Assembly: GCA_965235115.1 (NCBI GenBank)
Contig: OZ249436.1
Span: 23,376,001-23,440,000 of the forward strand
Direction: 5' to 3'
DNA: 64,000 nucleotides
From: Laetmonice hystrix
Taxonomy: Eukaryota
The first letter of the stretch is position 1; each line of letters starts with the position of its first letter. Under the pieces are notes generated by a model. It did no database searches. It saw nothing but the letters and a program-made list of their open reading frames with translations, and had not been told where the DNA came from. Positions 39,181 through 51,155 of this stretch are shown in pieces. The position numbers were made by a program, and so were the translations under genes.

Positions 39181-41372
39181 GCAGCTAGAGGAGTCGCGGC
39201 GCTGACAGTGACAGTCTGCTGCGTGCTGGCCTCGTGTGCTGCATACTTTATAGCCCGTTATATACTACTGTTTCTGACCCTTTTCTTCTCTCTGTCAATT
39301 AGAAGCCAATAGATTTGTATTTTAGGAGAATATATCTGTCTCGATTTTGGACAGTAATCTGTATTTAACTCCTCAAGAATAGTGTTTTCGACCGCCTCTA
39401 TCGAGGACTCAGTCGCGACATAAGACGGAACGGAACGTCTGCTAGCTAGAATTCGGATTTTCCCGCAACCCTCTAGTGAATCCCCGACCTGGATTCCAGC
39501 GATGAGATTTAGCCTCTTCCGATGACCCTCTTCCGATGACCCTGGCTGTTGCAAGGCGTAAAACCCCAAATACCCACCCACCCATCCTGGCATCTGGGAA
39601 CAAAATCTAGGCCCTCTGACGGTCTGACCATCTCCTGCCACCTTGGAGCTGGGGGGGGGGGCAAAACTATGCTTGTCGGAGCCCCCCAGCTTTTGAGCTG
39701 GGGGGGGGGGCAACAGGCGCCCCCTGCCCCCCCGTTCCGGCGCCTATGACAGAGGTGAAAATCTCCAGTTCCTAGATATAACGTCTCTAACACAGTCTTA
39801 GGAATATGACTGTACAGCTTTGAACCATGCAGTACTTTTATAATAGACTATGAAACAAATTGGAAGTTAATTCTAATTGTCTTCACAGATTTGTGGCCTT
39901 TCAAATGTCTTGTAGTGCAAGGGAATGTCTACATAAAACAATTGTTATAACAAAGTTATACATACTAGTATTCAATTGCATGTCATATTGTTCAGATTGA
40001 TATGTTTCACTCAGTATTGGAGCGAGGAAAATTTTTGGTCTTCTTTTAATTTTTTTAGCGGTTTCGGGCAGATTTTTTTTATATAAATCTGCTGCCTGTC
40101 AACAATCTATTTTTTTCACACACATTGCTAAACAAACTATTTTTTTCACACACATTTGGGAGGAAACTATTTTTTTGGGTCAACTTGGCAAACAAACTTT
40201 TTTTTACAAACCCCGCCCCCCAACTATTAAAGGGAAATGTGTGTGTTCGACGGAATTTGATTGACCACTAGAATTTTCAAAATATTTTTATGGGGGATAG
40301 CCTTTGTCCTTAGGAGTACAGAGAAACAAAAAAAATCAAATGTCACCGAATTAGATTTTTTTATACAGGCCTCCGTAAAAAATGGGTCTTTACTATAGGT
40401 TTCAATGAAAAAAACAGGATTTTTCAGACATTTTGACTAATAGTTAAAAAATTTTACCACCAATTTCCTCCTGAAACTCGGTGACAAGATAAAGTGGATC
40501 AGGACTAATAGTTTAAAACAAAAAAAAATTGGGGGTCGCCGAATCAAAAAAAAAGTTACAGCCTGCCAAACAGTCAGTGCCTTGGTAAAACACGGGTCTT
40601 AACCATAGCATTCAATGGAGTAAACAGGTTCTGGCACACAGTTTGGTTCATGGTTTAAAAAATACTGCTGATTTCCACATCAAAGTAGTTGACTGCATAA
40701 ATAAGCCAAACATTTTTCTGTTAAAGCTCAGTACGCGGCACTTTGAATACTCACATTTCCCCAGTGGTACCAACGCGACTCACTAGGTGGCGCTTTGAAC
40801 ACTCACATTTCCTTTTAAATGGTCTGCCCTAAGGATGAAGTGGCCTTCACGGCTGTGTAGTTGATACATGTATATTTGTCCTATGTGATTTTGTAGTAGG
40901 TATTGGCTTGTGAGTCCAAATAAAACAACAACAACAACAACAACAACAACTGGCCGTAATTAAGGGTTGACCACTTTACTGAGGTGGCCGTTAAACGGGG
41001 TGCCACTGTATATTGTCCTAGTGCTAAAAATACGTGTATAAAATGTTCTTAATTATCATAAAGATTAGGTGGGGGGGGGGAGATACAGAACAATGTGTTT
41101 TGTCCTTTTGGACTGAGGACATGTGCTTTCGTCATTATCGCGGAGCGCTATCAAGCGAGGCTAGGTCTATAAGGGCGCATATAAGTCTCGGTTAGTGGTC
41201 TTGGGGCATGCCACGGATTTTTTTGTAATTAAAGGATGTATTTGCTATTTTCTGGGGGCTGAGCAACGTTGTTTTTTCTACCTTGCATGGGTAGGCCTAT
41301 TTCTCTAAATAGGTTTTCAGACTTTTATCCTGACAAGGTGGGCCTTGGCTGGCTCCGTGGGTAGGTTACGAG

Positions 41373-41610
41373 ATCGCTTTCACATGCATACGGTGTGCGG
41401 CGTGCGGCGTGCGGCGTGCGGCGTGCGGCGTGCGGCGTGCGGCGTGCGTTTTTGTTAATAATGTAGCCAATGTAAATCCCCGCACACCGCAAACCGGGGG
41501 CATGTGAACGGTTATATCTATTTTCAGTTGTTCCATTTCTGCAAAAACGCAAGCCGCACGCCGCAGGCCGCAGGCCGCACGCCGCAAACCGTGTGCATGT
41601 GAAAGCGGCT
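41373..41610. mobile_element. Small MITE containing a (GCGGCGT)n 7-bp array
   Basis: TIR CGCTTTCACATGCA / TGCATGTGAAAGCG. Array at 41395-41447. Confidence 0.7.
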
Positions 41611-42044
41611 TCGCACCCCCCTCGCCGACGGGCCTGCCTTGTTCCCAGCGAACAAAGCAATGTTCAAGCAACATTGCAGCAACATGATCATTTTGTTGTA
41701 GCAATGTTGGCATGTACCATGGCAGCAACATTCGCAAGTTATGTTTTCATAATATTGTGATATTATACTGGAACAATATTTAAACAATATCATCCTAATA
41801 TTATATTAAAATACCCAGCAGGCAAAACTCGTGCATTTCCCGTAGAATACACGTGGATATTATTTATATGTGCATGTGTATTACAAGTGTGATTTTCCAT
41901 GTCCTATCAACCAGTTTTCCATTTCTCCCGGTTTCCACATCACACACAACGTGGATCTGATATGCGGCTATTTTTAGCCATGACATGACCGCCATGGTTG
42001 AGTGGTCACTGACTCCGAGACCCGTATGCCTTTTTCGCGAAGAG

Positions 42045-42142
42045 GCCGGGCACTGATGGGATTCGAACCGTTTGCACTGATGGGATTCGAACCGTTTGAT
42101 CTCCTGATGACAGGTACGCGTCTCTGCCCATTCGGCCACGCT
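42045..42142 (-). other. tRNA-derived (SINE-like) segment with a duplicated B box
   Basis: Minus strand TGGCCGAATGG...GGTTCGAATCCC, with the B-box segment tandemly duplicated. No convincing cloverleaf. Confidence 0.5.
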
Positions 42143-42377
42143 TGTAGCTTGTATCTTGCACGGTTGGAATCCTGTTTTTTCCTCGTGTTGCTATCAATAA
42201 ACCCCGCGCGTTACCGAGGGGGTTTATTGATAGCACCCCTCGGTTGATCATTTTTCTCTCTCAATAAAATCCTCTACTTGGTCTCGTATTTTTTCTCCAT
42301 TTCTCAATTCAGAACATTTACCATAAATCCCTTCGCTAACGCTCGGGGCTTTCAGTGATAGCACCCGTAAGGTAATG

Positions 42378-43596
42378 CAGGGGCGCCGCTGCCTATTTCA
42401 AAGTGGGGGGACAATCTTGGTGTGTTTGACCTTCCCCCCCCCCCCCCCCAGATTTATGGGGGCGGATCCAGGATTTTCTTTGCAGGGGGGGGGGGGGTGT
42501 CAGAAAGTGCCCGCGCTGAGAGGGGGGGGGGGGCTCCAACTTAAAATGTTTGGGAATATAAAGGCCATCTCAGTGAACGATTCAGGGGGCTTGCCCCCCT
42601 TAGATCTGCCCTTTTTTGTATGAAGATGTATTACTATTAGTATAGTTACAATGAAATCATGCCGAGCGTAGCGAGGCCAAAAATTTTTTTTTAGGTGTGC
42701 CCCACCTGGCTCTTGACATCACAAGAAACAGTATCAAGCAATATATTTATCAGAAGCAAAAAAAGTTGACGATTAGGCCTAAAACACACTTTTACGCATG
42801 AGGTCTTTTTCTTCCAAATCAAATAGGAGGGCCCAACATGGGGGTGGAAAATGTTGACAGCCGCAAGCCTAACGCTGTCAGACAATAATTAAAGCGTGGC
42901 CTAGATTTCCTAGAGCTTAAGATTGACCTGAATATTCAGGTCTATGACTAAACAAGAGACGGTACAGGGGCGGATCCAGCTTTTTCAAGTAGGGGGTCCA
43001 ACGTTTTTAGGGGCGCAACCGGCGTGACTGTACGAGCGCCGCAGGCACAAAGCCTTGCTAGGGGGTCCGGGGCATGCCCCCTGGAAAATTTTCAAATTCA
43101 AGGTGTCATTTGGTGAAATCTGATGCATTTTGGAGCACAAAATAAGCTATTTAAAGACCAATGATGTCAAAAGTCTTAATGTAGCCCTACAATGCCGTGA
43201 GGCGCCATGAACGGCAGGAGGGGCACCATGAAATTTTAGGAGGGTCCAGACCCTATGTGACCCCCTCCCCTGGATCCGCCGGTGTGGTAGGACTAAGGTA
43301 CACAGCCGCAGGGGGCCTGGGCCGCGGTCAGGCCCATATTATATAGGATAGAAGAGCAAAGCATAGACCTATCTCCTAAACACATAGGCCTAGGCCTAGA
43401 TTAAAAATGATGAAAATCTATCTTTAATTTGTCTCCTATGGGAAATTGACCTGAAAAAGCTAGGCATAGGGAGTATAAGAAGATCTGTAGATCTATTAGG
43501 CCTAGCTTCAACTTCAAGGAGCCTTTGACCTTTTTAGGTCGCCAGCAAAAGTGGGGGGACATGTCCCCCCCGTCCCCCCCGGCAGCGGCGCCCCTG
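42378..43596. mobile_element. hAT-like MITE with an apparent 5-bp TSD (TAATG); contains a related MITE at 42965-43284
   Basis: Perfect 16-bp TIR CAGGGGCGCCGCTGCC. TAATG at 42373-42377 and 43597-43601. Confidence 0.75.
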
Positions 43597-44849
43597 TAAT
43601 GGGGGGTATTTCGCTAGAAAAAAAAAGAAATCGTCCGGAAAACCATCTAGATTTACACCACCGCCTTGAAGATTTACACCACCACAACGCTAAGCGAAGT
43701 TCCTAACTTCGTGATATATTTTTTGCTTTTAAGATTGCAATATAACAAATTCACTAGATTTTTGGGCCACCCTAGCATCAGCTCTGTATAGACACACAGC
43801 TGACGAGTTGGCTACGATGGATCCAGTTGCCAGTACTGTTAAACTTTCAGCTTCTCACAACGGTTATTTTTCTCAAAGTCAATCGTCGTACAGAGCTAGC
43901 CAGTGGGAAAATGTTATCATAGACATTTACATATTTTAATATAACTTTGTCTTTTCCATGGGACCCAGATATCCACGTGTATTCCACGAGAAAATTCAAT
44001 CATTTCCACGTGTAGATATCCGTGTGTGTCTCACGAGAAATACACCAATCATTTTATGATTTCCCATATTGCTGCAATACTGCAGCAACATACATTCAGA
44101 ATATCGTAGCCTAATATTGCTACAATGCTACAGCAATAAGCCTTCATCTGCATCTAACACTGGCTCGATATTGCTGAAATATTTTACCTTTAACTATCTT
44201 CCAACAGTGTTGTAGCAATGTTGCAGCAATGTTACCCAAAGCGCAACCATTCAGTAATATTGCTGGAATACTGCGTGTCAGCTGGGTTATAACCTGAGTC
44301 CTCTGTCATACAATGTGGTGGACGATCACCGAAAGCTATTTATAGCGAGACCTGCATTCTTCAACTCGCCTATTTTAAGCACTCCGATGCTACCCATTCA
44401 AGGAAGCGCTCGATGACGACCGTAACTGGCCTTACCAAGGTTCAGTGATCACGACCAGAACCAAGATGACATCGCCAAGCTAAACACCGGTCGTTGAGCA
44501 CAGCGTACCGCCGGAGTGGGCCTGTCACTGCAGAAGATATGAATACATCCCAGTTTTTCACCTGTCACCCTCTTGAAAGAGCCACAGGGGGCGACTTCTG
44601 GTCAGCCCCTTGGGGGGGGGGGGGCAATATTCTTGACACTTCTCGCCACGGCCACGAGTTCACGCATCCGGAAAGGTCCGAATCAAATTACAGCAAGGGG
44701 CTGGCCTTCCTAAATGGCACTTTCTGAATATGTGGTGCCTACCTATTAAGACATTCGTGACGTTTAACTAAAAGCCTGGAAATGTGAAAGTGTACCGGTG
44801 TAAAAGGTTTTTTTTACTTCGGTAAAGACAACTATAACAGTTGGAACTA

Positions 44850-45481
44850 GTCAGCATGATTGCCTGCAATCATTGATCCCATTTCCCTAAAATACATACA
44901 GACATCCTGTAAGCCTATAGGCTACATGAGGAAGATCGATATGGAGAGTGCATTTTGTTGTAGAACCATTATGTCAAATTTGACCAGGATAATTCGAAGA
45001 GATCTACTTCAAAATCGTACATTTATGTATTACTGAATCATCTCTTTTCTAGTATCTGAGAGACATTTGCCCTGTTGGTACTTGTTTAGTCACTGAAGAA
45101 CATTTTCATAAATTTAGGCCAAAATCCCACCTGCTATAAAAGCACAACTAATTTCCTAAAGATCTCTTGAAAACTCAATTGTTTTACTAACGATATAAAA
45201 TTGGAGTTTGACGTTTACAATACGAAAAATATCTGATAAAAATACCTTTCCTTAATGGGATTCGAAGCCATGATATCCAGCCTATGTGACGGCTATTTTA
45301 CCGAATCAGCTATAGAGACTCATAACTGAAGCGGTACTAAGGTCCTATCTATAATAGATGAATGACGTCACGACACGTAACAGTAATGTCACAGGAGAAA
45401 ATTGTCACAAATTTGGCTTATCCCACCCTCTTTAAGCAGGGCAAGTTTCATAAAGATTCTGTTCAAAACTGCAAGGGATAT
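44850..45481. repeat. Older host repeat into which both the LTR element and the Academ-like element inserted; continues at 58223-58452 and 63214-64000
   Basis: Shared motifs AAATTTGGCTTATC..CCACCCTCTTTAAGC and AAAACTGCAAG.GATATGACT. Paralogous empty sites near 63820 and 45275. Confidence 0.75.
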
Positions 45482-46634
45482 TATCGTCTGGCTGACGATT
45501 GAGTTGGGGAACTAACTCGTGAAGGGGAGGCTGAGAGGTATATTACGACACAAGCGGGGATAAGTTGTTAACGATTGTTTAATTAACAGTAGAATAAATG
45601 ATACACACCAATATGTAAACCGTCAACGTGCTAGTATACGTGTAAGAACCGTTTGCTTACCGGGTTGCCGAATAAGTCCTTGGCTTAGGTGTGGTCAACA
45701 CCATGTCTATAATCTGAGTGTCCAGTAAGGCTAAGGCGAGCCAGTACGAATGTATATATAAATGTGTGAAGGGTCCAAGATAGCTGGTTGTTCTCTGGTG
45801 CTTGTTGTTGCTCGTCTCTTGTTCTCTGGTGCCTGTCTTGTTGCCTTCTCTTGCTTTCTGTTGCTTTTCTGCTTGATCCAGAGTGGATGCAACTTATATA
45901 GGTTTAATTACGTCAGAATAGTTAATTTAGCGAAACGGATTGTCATTGGACCAGGAAGGTCACGAGGGGAAGCAACATGGCCGCGAACCTAAGGGAGTTT
46001 TAATTCCCCAAAGCCAGCGACGCCCTCATTAATTATTTATAGAAACTAAAGTTGAAGTATAATACTGTTTTCGTTGTATAAAAAGTTATATGTGCTATAT
46101 ACGAATAAATGAGTGAAAAATATGGAATCCTGAGAAGGCTACAAATCTTATGGTGTGCTTTACATACCGTAACTCATATTAATAAGCATATATACATATT
46201 GTTCACAACAATCGTCTTTAAACCTAGTACATGGACGTTACACCGTAAAAATATATATATCCTTTCCTGCAGAAACATGTAGGTCCTATAGATTCACAAT
46301 AATTAACTTGTTGACGGATAATTCAGAACTTATTAAACTTGTATATATAATTGCTGATGACAACTACAGGTGTTTGTTTCAACTAGCGTAACGGTATAGA
46401 AGAGTGACGGTATTGTACATATAAGAGGGTCAGACGTATATATAGATTAACAGCTAAGGTTATATGATAGTTTTGAGATATATATCGTAAGAGAACATCG
46501 ACGTTACATATATAATTAGGCTCACAGGAGCTTACAATCCAAAATGGCGTAGCCCACGTAAACCGGACCATCTGGTATACGTTCCGCCTTAAGGGCCTAC
46601 ACAAAGGGATGGCGCTATAAATATCGTGCCGATA
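45482..46634 (-). repeat. 3' LTR (1153 bp)
   Basis: Direct repeat of 57070-58222. TATCG...CGATA termini. Only two substitutions noticed by eye. Confidence 0.96.
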
Positions 46635-46648
46635 TCACCCCTGTTGTT
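46635..46648 (-). promoter_or_regulatory. Candidate polypurine tract
   Basis: Minus strand AACAACAGGGGTGA abuts the 3' LTR; short and imperfect. Confidence 0.45.
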
Positions 46649-47073
46649 GCAAAAGTTCGTCTCGAACTTAAAATCAAAGACGCCTAATTCATACTATGTT
46701 GATACAATTCGATACAAGTAATCGTCGCTACTACTAAAATACATAAGTGACATGAACGTAACTGGTTATTATTGCTTATATGCCGTGGCTATGGGTCCAT
46801 AGTTCGTAGCTGGCTTAAATTCAACATTGACATTTTGCAAAAATAACGCAGAAAATTAAAAATGTGTCCAATTTAGCAAATGGTCTAAAGACGTGAACAA
46901 ATACTATGATATCATGTGGTCGCGCAGGACCATTGCAAAACAAGTAATACAGTAATACAAGAAACATATAAAACGCTCAGTAAGAAATCCCAAATTAGGG
47001 GTCAATAGGTCCAACTTGTCATGTGCTTAAAATTGTACGTGGCATGTCGATTTGTGTGGCAATATAGGAAGCT

Positions 47074-49211
47074 CTAAGGCAAACCTGGGTACAAGTTACT
47101 AGAGGCGTCTTCGTCATTCATACACCCAGACACATAGAAGGATCTGTTTCCATGGTCTACTAGTAAATAGGCAGTGTATGCTGAAGCAAACAGTTTACGT
47201 ACACGATAGGCATTAATTGGATTTAATGGAATGACGTCTGGCATTGTCAGTGGTTCGCCAGATAGGCTGTTCTTAATGTGTATATCATTCCACGTGATCA
47301 TTAACTTTGGGCGTAATTTTCCCTGAAGACCCAAATGCTTGATCGCGCCATCGGCCTTAAATGAGTAATTCTTAGGATACATAGGTAAGGGCCTAATGGG
47401 TAGAATAATGCTTTGACTTGCACTCGTGAGTTCAAGACTAATTCGAAGGACTTGTTTGCGATAGCAGTGACGAATAAGGAGAAAGCCGATCAGAACGACT
47501 ATAAGGGAAAGCATGACTGCTTGGAGTGGTAGTGCTGGGGTGTGGCATGGGGGGTTGGTGGGGGTCGGGGTAGTGGTTAGTTGGGGTAGGAACGTCCAAA
47601 CCTGATTAGAGAGGGTAGCCTCGACAGGTTTAACAGTCAGAGCTGTTACCATAGAAAATAGAAGTTTAACGCGATATGCCATGTAACATGAGAGTAAAAG
47701 ACTCAGACAAGCTATGGCTGCGGAGATATATGCCACATACATCGAGGAAGATGAGGATATATTTGGGAGATCCTCCAAAAGAGGTTCTGAGAGAGACTCA
47801 AATGCTTTCTCGTTTCTCTGAGCGGCCTCCACCGCCTTTCGAAGGTTGAGGTCTGCGTTCGTCTCTGTAACCAGGGTTGACTTGTATTTATGTTTAAAGA
47901 GTGTAATGGGGGGTAAATTTCCATCAAATGGCAGTTGATGAAGGTCAGATGGTCTAAAACCTGACAACATGTGAAGTTCATAGCTGTGTAGCATCATAGC
48001 CATGTTAAAACCATGGGACAGTGAACTGTCTGTGCCATTATGACAGAAATCGAGACGTGGTGGAATATAGAAACCTTGTGCTGAAAAGGAGCACAGGCAT
48101 GGAAGTCGCATAACACAAAAGTGACAACCATGCTGTACCCTAGAGTATGATGTACACGTGAGCTGGAATCTGGTTATATTAGTTAGAAGTAAGGTTCCAT
48201 GGCCTAAATGTGCTACCGTCGGTTTAATGATGTTAGCCTTTAGCCTAAAATTACAAAGTTGTTTAATTTCGAATTTGTTATCAGTAAAGATAGCTGAAGC
48301 ACAGGATGGATTAGTAATTGCCACTAGTGGTTCATCCAAGTGCTCATTAAAGAGATAATAGGGGTGAGAAATAGACTGACCATTGAGACTGTGGAATTCA
48401 GCATAGTACATGCCATCCCTGCTAAGGGCAAAATAATTTGGAAGTCCGGACAGAAGCGAGGCATGTAGAGAAGTATAGTTAATTGGGACGGGGAAAGTAC
48501 TAATTTGGAAAAGGTCCAGTAAAACATGCGAAGTGATGAGTGGAAAGTGTACATTAACATATATAGAATTGTTATGATAAAGCCATGTAAATCTGAAGTA
48601 TTGATAGAATTGAGGCAAAGTGATGTCAGGGAGTCTGAACTGTGGATGGTGTTTGGCTAATGCACTAGCAATAACATTGCTGGCCTTGTGAAAACTAGCT
48701 GGTGGAATAAACATTTCTGAAATTGTGCCTTGTACCAGTGTTTGTACTGCAGTCCTTAGTTCTGCTGCAAAGAGCTTCAAATTAGCAGCCAGTTTAAGTT
48801 CTGTGGCGACTGTGCTTGTGAAATTTATGACTTCCTTGATTGTTTTGTGTATAGCTTGGGCATTTCGGATGACATCCATGATGGTGTCATGTTCGACTTC
48901 TATGGCCCGTTTAACATCATGAAATTTAGCATTAGAGTGTGTCATAAAGGACGATAACTCTTGATGGAAGGTCTGCATCATCGATTTAGCTCTAGTTTGC
49001 TGGCGAGCCATTTTGCGTGCATGTTTGACAAGGATTTGAAGATCGTGATCCGTGGCAAATCCAAATAAGGATTTTCCAACGTCGGCCACTAAAGGCAGAA
49101 TGCCGGCGGATCTGGGACTCCGACCATTGTAGTGTGGCGGATCCAAGTGGTGAGGTAGTAGATTCGGGATGGTATCCAGAACGGCATTGAACTGATCTGC
49201 CGCATCCTTCC
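47074..49211 (-). CDS. env: Envelope glycoprotein, 3' part (baculovirus-F/errantivirus-like fusion protein)
   Basis: RSPR cleavage motif followed by fusion-peptide-like SAGILPLVADVGKSLFGFAT, a heptad-like region, Cys-rich ectodomain, N-glycosylation sequons and two hydrophobic segments. The first ~18 aa of the 730-aa track ORF come from the MITE. Confidence 0.9.
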
Positions 49212-49214
49212 TAA

Positions 49215-50530
49215 AGCCCCAGTCCCACCAAAGCCGATTGTACGACGTTCTATGCCGTTCTATCAAGATCTGAAATTTAGTTTAAGTCGTGATGAATCGT
49301 GATAAAATCACGACAACCCGAAGAGCTAGCTACGAATCTATCATGTTCTATCCCGACATCGGCCCGACCTTCCCGACAGCGCAACGACTACAGCAACGTT
49401 CATTGCCGACCTATGCAGATTGAGCTTCGACCTATCAAGATCCCGGGCCGATGTATGGCGACCTATACCAAGATTGACAAACGATGTAGCAACGTCCTAT
49501 GCCGTGCCCCAGCCGAGCTACGACCTGTCCCGATGACACCAGGTCTAGATCAGGGCTAAAACCACAGTCCCACCAAAGCCGAATTAGCTACGACGTGTCA
49601 CGATCTGATAAATCGTGTAGAATCGGGAAAGGTCCTAACTCGGTCGTACAGTAGTCTTGATAGATCCTCATAGGTCGGGATAGGCCACGATTGCACCCCG
49701 ACAATTTTAAACTGTTCAAAACAATCGGCATTGGTCGGGAAAAAGCTCAAATCGGGGATATACCGTAGGTCAAACGTTGCTCAGTCGGGAATAGTCGGGG
49801 GACAATCGGGATAGTTCGTTGTTCAGTCCTGGTTGATCGTAGGACAATCGCCAGACATTTCCTAGATCTAGCCCTGAAGTCATCGGGACAGGTCGTATCT
49901 CGGCTGGGGCTCAGACGGCATAGAACGTTGCTACATCGTTGGTCAAACATCGGGTCGGGTTCTTGATAGAACGTAGCTCAATCTGCATAGGTCGGCAGAG
50001 AACGTTGCTAAGTTGTTTCTCGGTCGGGAAGGTCGGGGGATGTCGAGATAGAACATGATAGCACGCGGCGTGATCGTTGAGAGATCTTTGGAAAACCGTT
50101 GCCCAGTCGCCGTTGAACGTGACAATTCGTAGCTAGGTCTTCAGGTTGTCATTATTTCATCACGATTCATCACGACTTAAAATAAATTTTAGATCTTGAT
50201 AGAACGGCGTGGAACGTAGTACAATCGGCTTTGCTGGGACTGGGGATTAATTTTCTGGCAATTGTCCTACGATAAACCAGGACTGAACAACGAACTATCC
50301 CGATTGTTCCCCGACTATATTCCCGACTGAGCAACGTTTGACCTACGATATAGCCCCGATCTGAGCTTTTTCCCGACCAATGCCGATTGTTTTGAACAGT
50401 TCAAAATTGTCGCGACCTATGACGATCTATCAAGACTACTCTACGACCGAGTTAGGACCTTTCCCGATTCTACACGATTTATCAGATCGTGACACGTCGT
50501 AGCTAATTCGGCTTTGGTGGGACTGGGGCT
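49215..50530. mobile_element. PIF/Harbinger (Tourist-like) MITE inserted in env, TAA TSD
   Basis: Perfect 23-bp TIR AGCCCCAGTCCCACCAAAGCCGA. TAA at 49212-49214 and 50531-50533. Confidence 0.92.
49560..50247. mobile_element. Second copy of the same MITE family nested in inverse orientation, TAA TSD
   Basis: Degenerate TIRs AACCACAGTCCCACCAAAGCCGA / TCGGCTTTGCTGGGACTGGGGAT. TAA at 49557-49559 and 50248-50250. Confidence 0.88.
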
Positions 50531-50854
50531 TAATGGAATGTAGCAACCAATCTGCTGGCTTGTAGCCGTAACATTTAGACGTAGTGGACGTGTTGAAGCA
50601 GATTTGGCTTGGTATACTGACATGAAATGTCGAAGGCAGAAGAACTTGGAATGTGTGCTTCCATGTTGAGTGAATTGCGAGTCTTGATCCCAAAGATTTG
50701 TAAATGGTTCCATAGTTCAACAAGTATTTAGTTGAAGTTGTACCTCCAAGGCAAACGCTCACACAGCAGAAGAGGACCAACAGCCTCAGAAGCCCAACGC
50801 TGCGAGCTGGGTGAATGTCAGGCGACCGTGCCGACCCAATTGTAGTCGGCTCAT
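50531..50854 (-). CDS. env: Envelope glycoprotein, 5' part (signal peptide and N-terminal subunit)
   Basis: LLRLLVLFCCVSVCLG signal-like segment, then LNYGTIYK...WKHTFQVLLP. Joins the 3' part in frame (WLLHSI-R-KDAADQ) when the MITE is removed. No in-frame ATG upstream; preceded by a pyrimidine tract and CAG. Confidence 0.85.
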
Positions 50855-51155
50855 CTGTCAGACAACAAAGCAGAGACACGGGAAGAAAATGAGAAGGTGG
50901 CGATTGGTGAGGGAACCAGCCCTGTATGTGAATAATGGTAATGAAGTGATATAGAAGTGCATTATGACGTGTGTCTCAGCCATGCTTAACTTGAGATGGG
51001 TCACCCTAATACTACAACTCATTGGCAACAAGGGGAGTGGCTGAACCGCAATATTGAAATGTACTGCTTTGGGTTATAAGTACTCCTCTGCCGTGCAGGA
51101 ATGTCTCTTGATAGGAAGGTACTACTTTATGCCCGGCACTTTAGAACAACAAGGG

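Larger units (their letters stand above)
41644..44286. mobile_element. EnSpm/CACTA-like non-autonomous element (CCCAGC termini, TT flanks) hosting nested insertions
   Basis: TT|CCCAGC...GCTGGG|TT, with sub-terminal GCAACATTGC/GCAATGTTGC repeats at both ends. Confidence 0.55.

Noticed and set aside
45762..46604. Duplicated 76-aa and 73-aa ORFs (also 57350-58192)
   Set aside because: They are duplicated only because they lie in the LTRs, have non-informative sequence and carry no recognisable motifs.
46621..46631. LTR end ATATCGTGCCG matches the 2577-3143 repeat unit
   Set aside because: Only 11 bp with no further similarity; compatible with chance.
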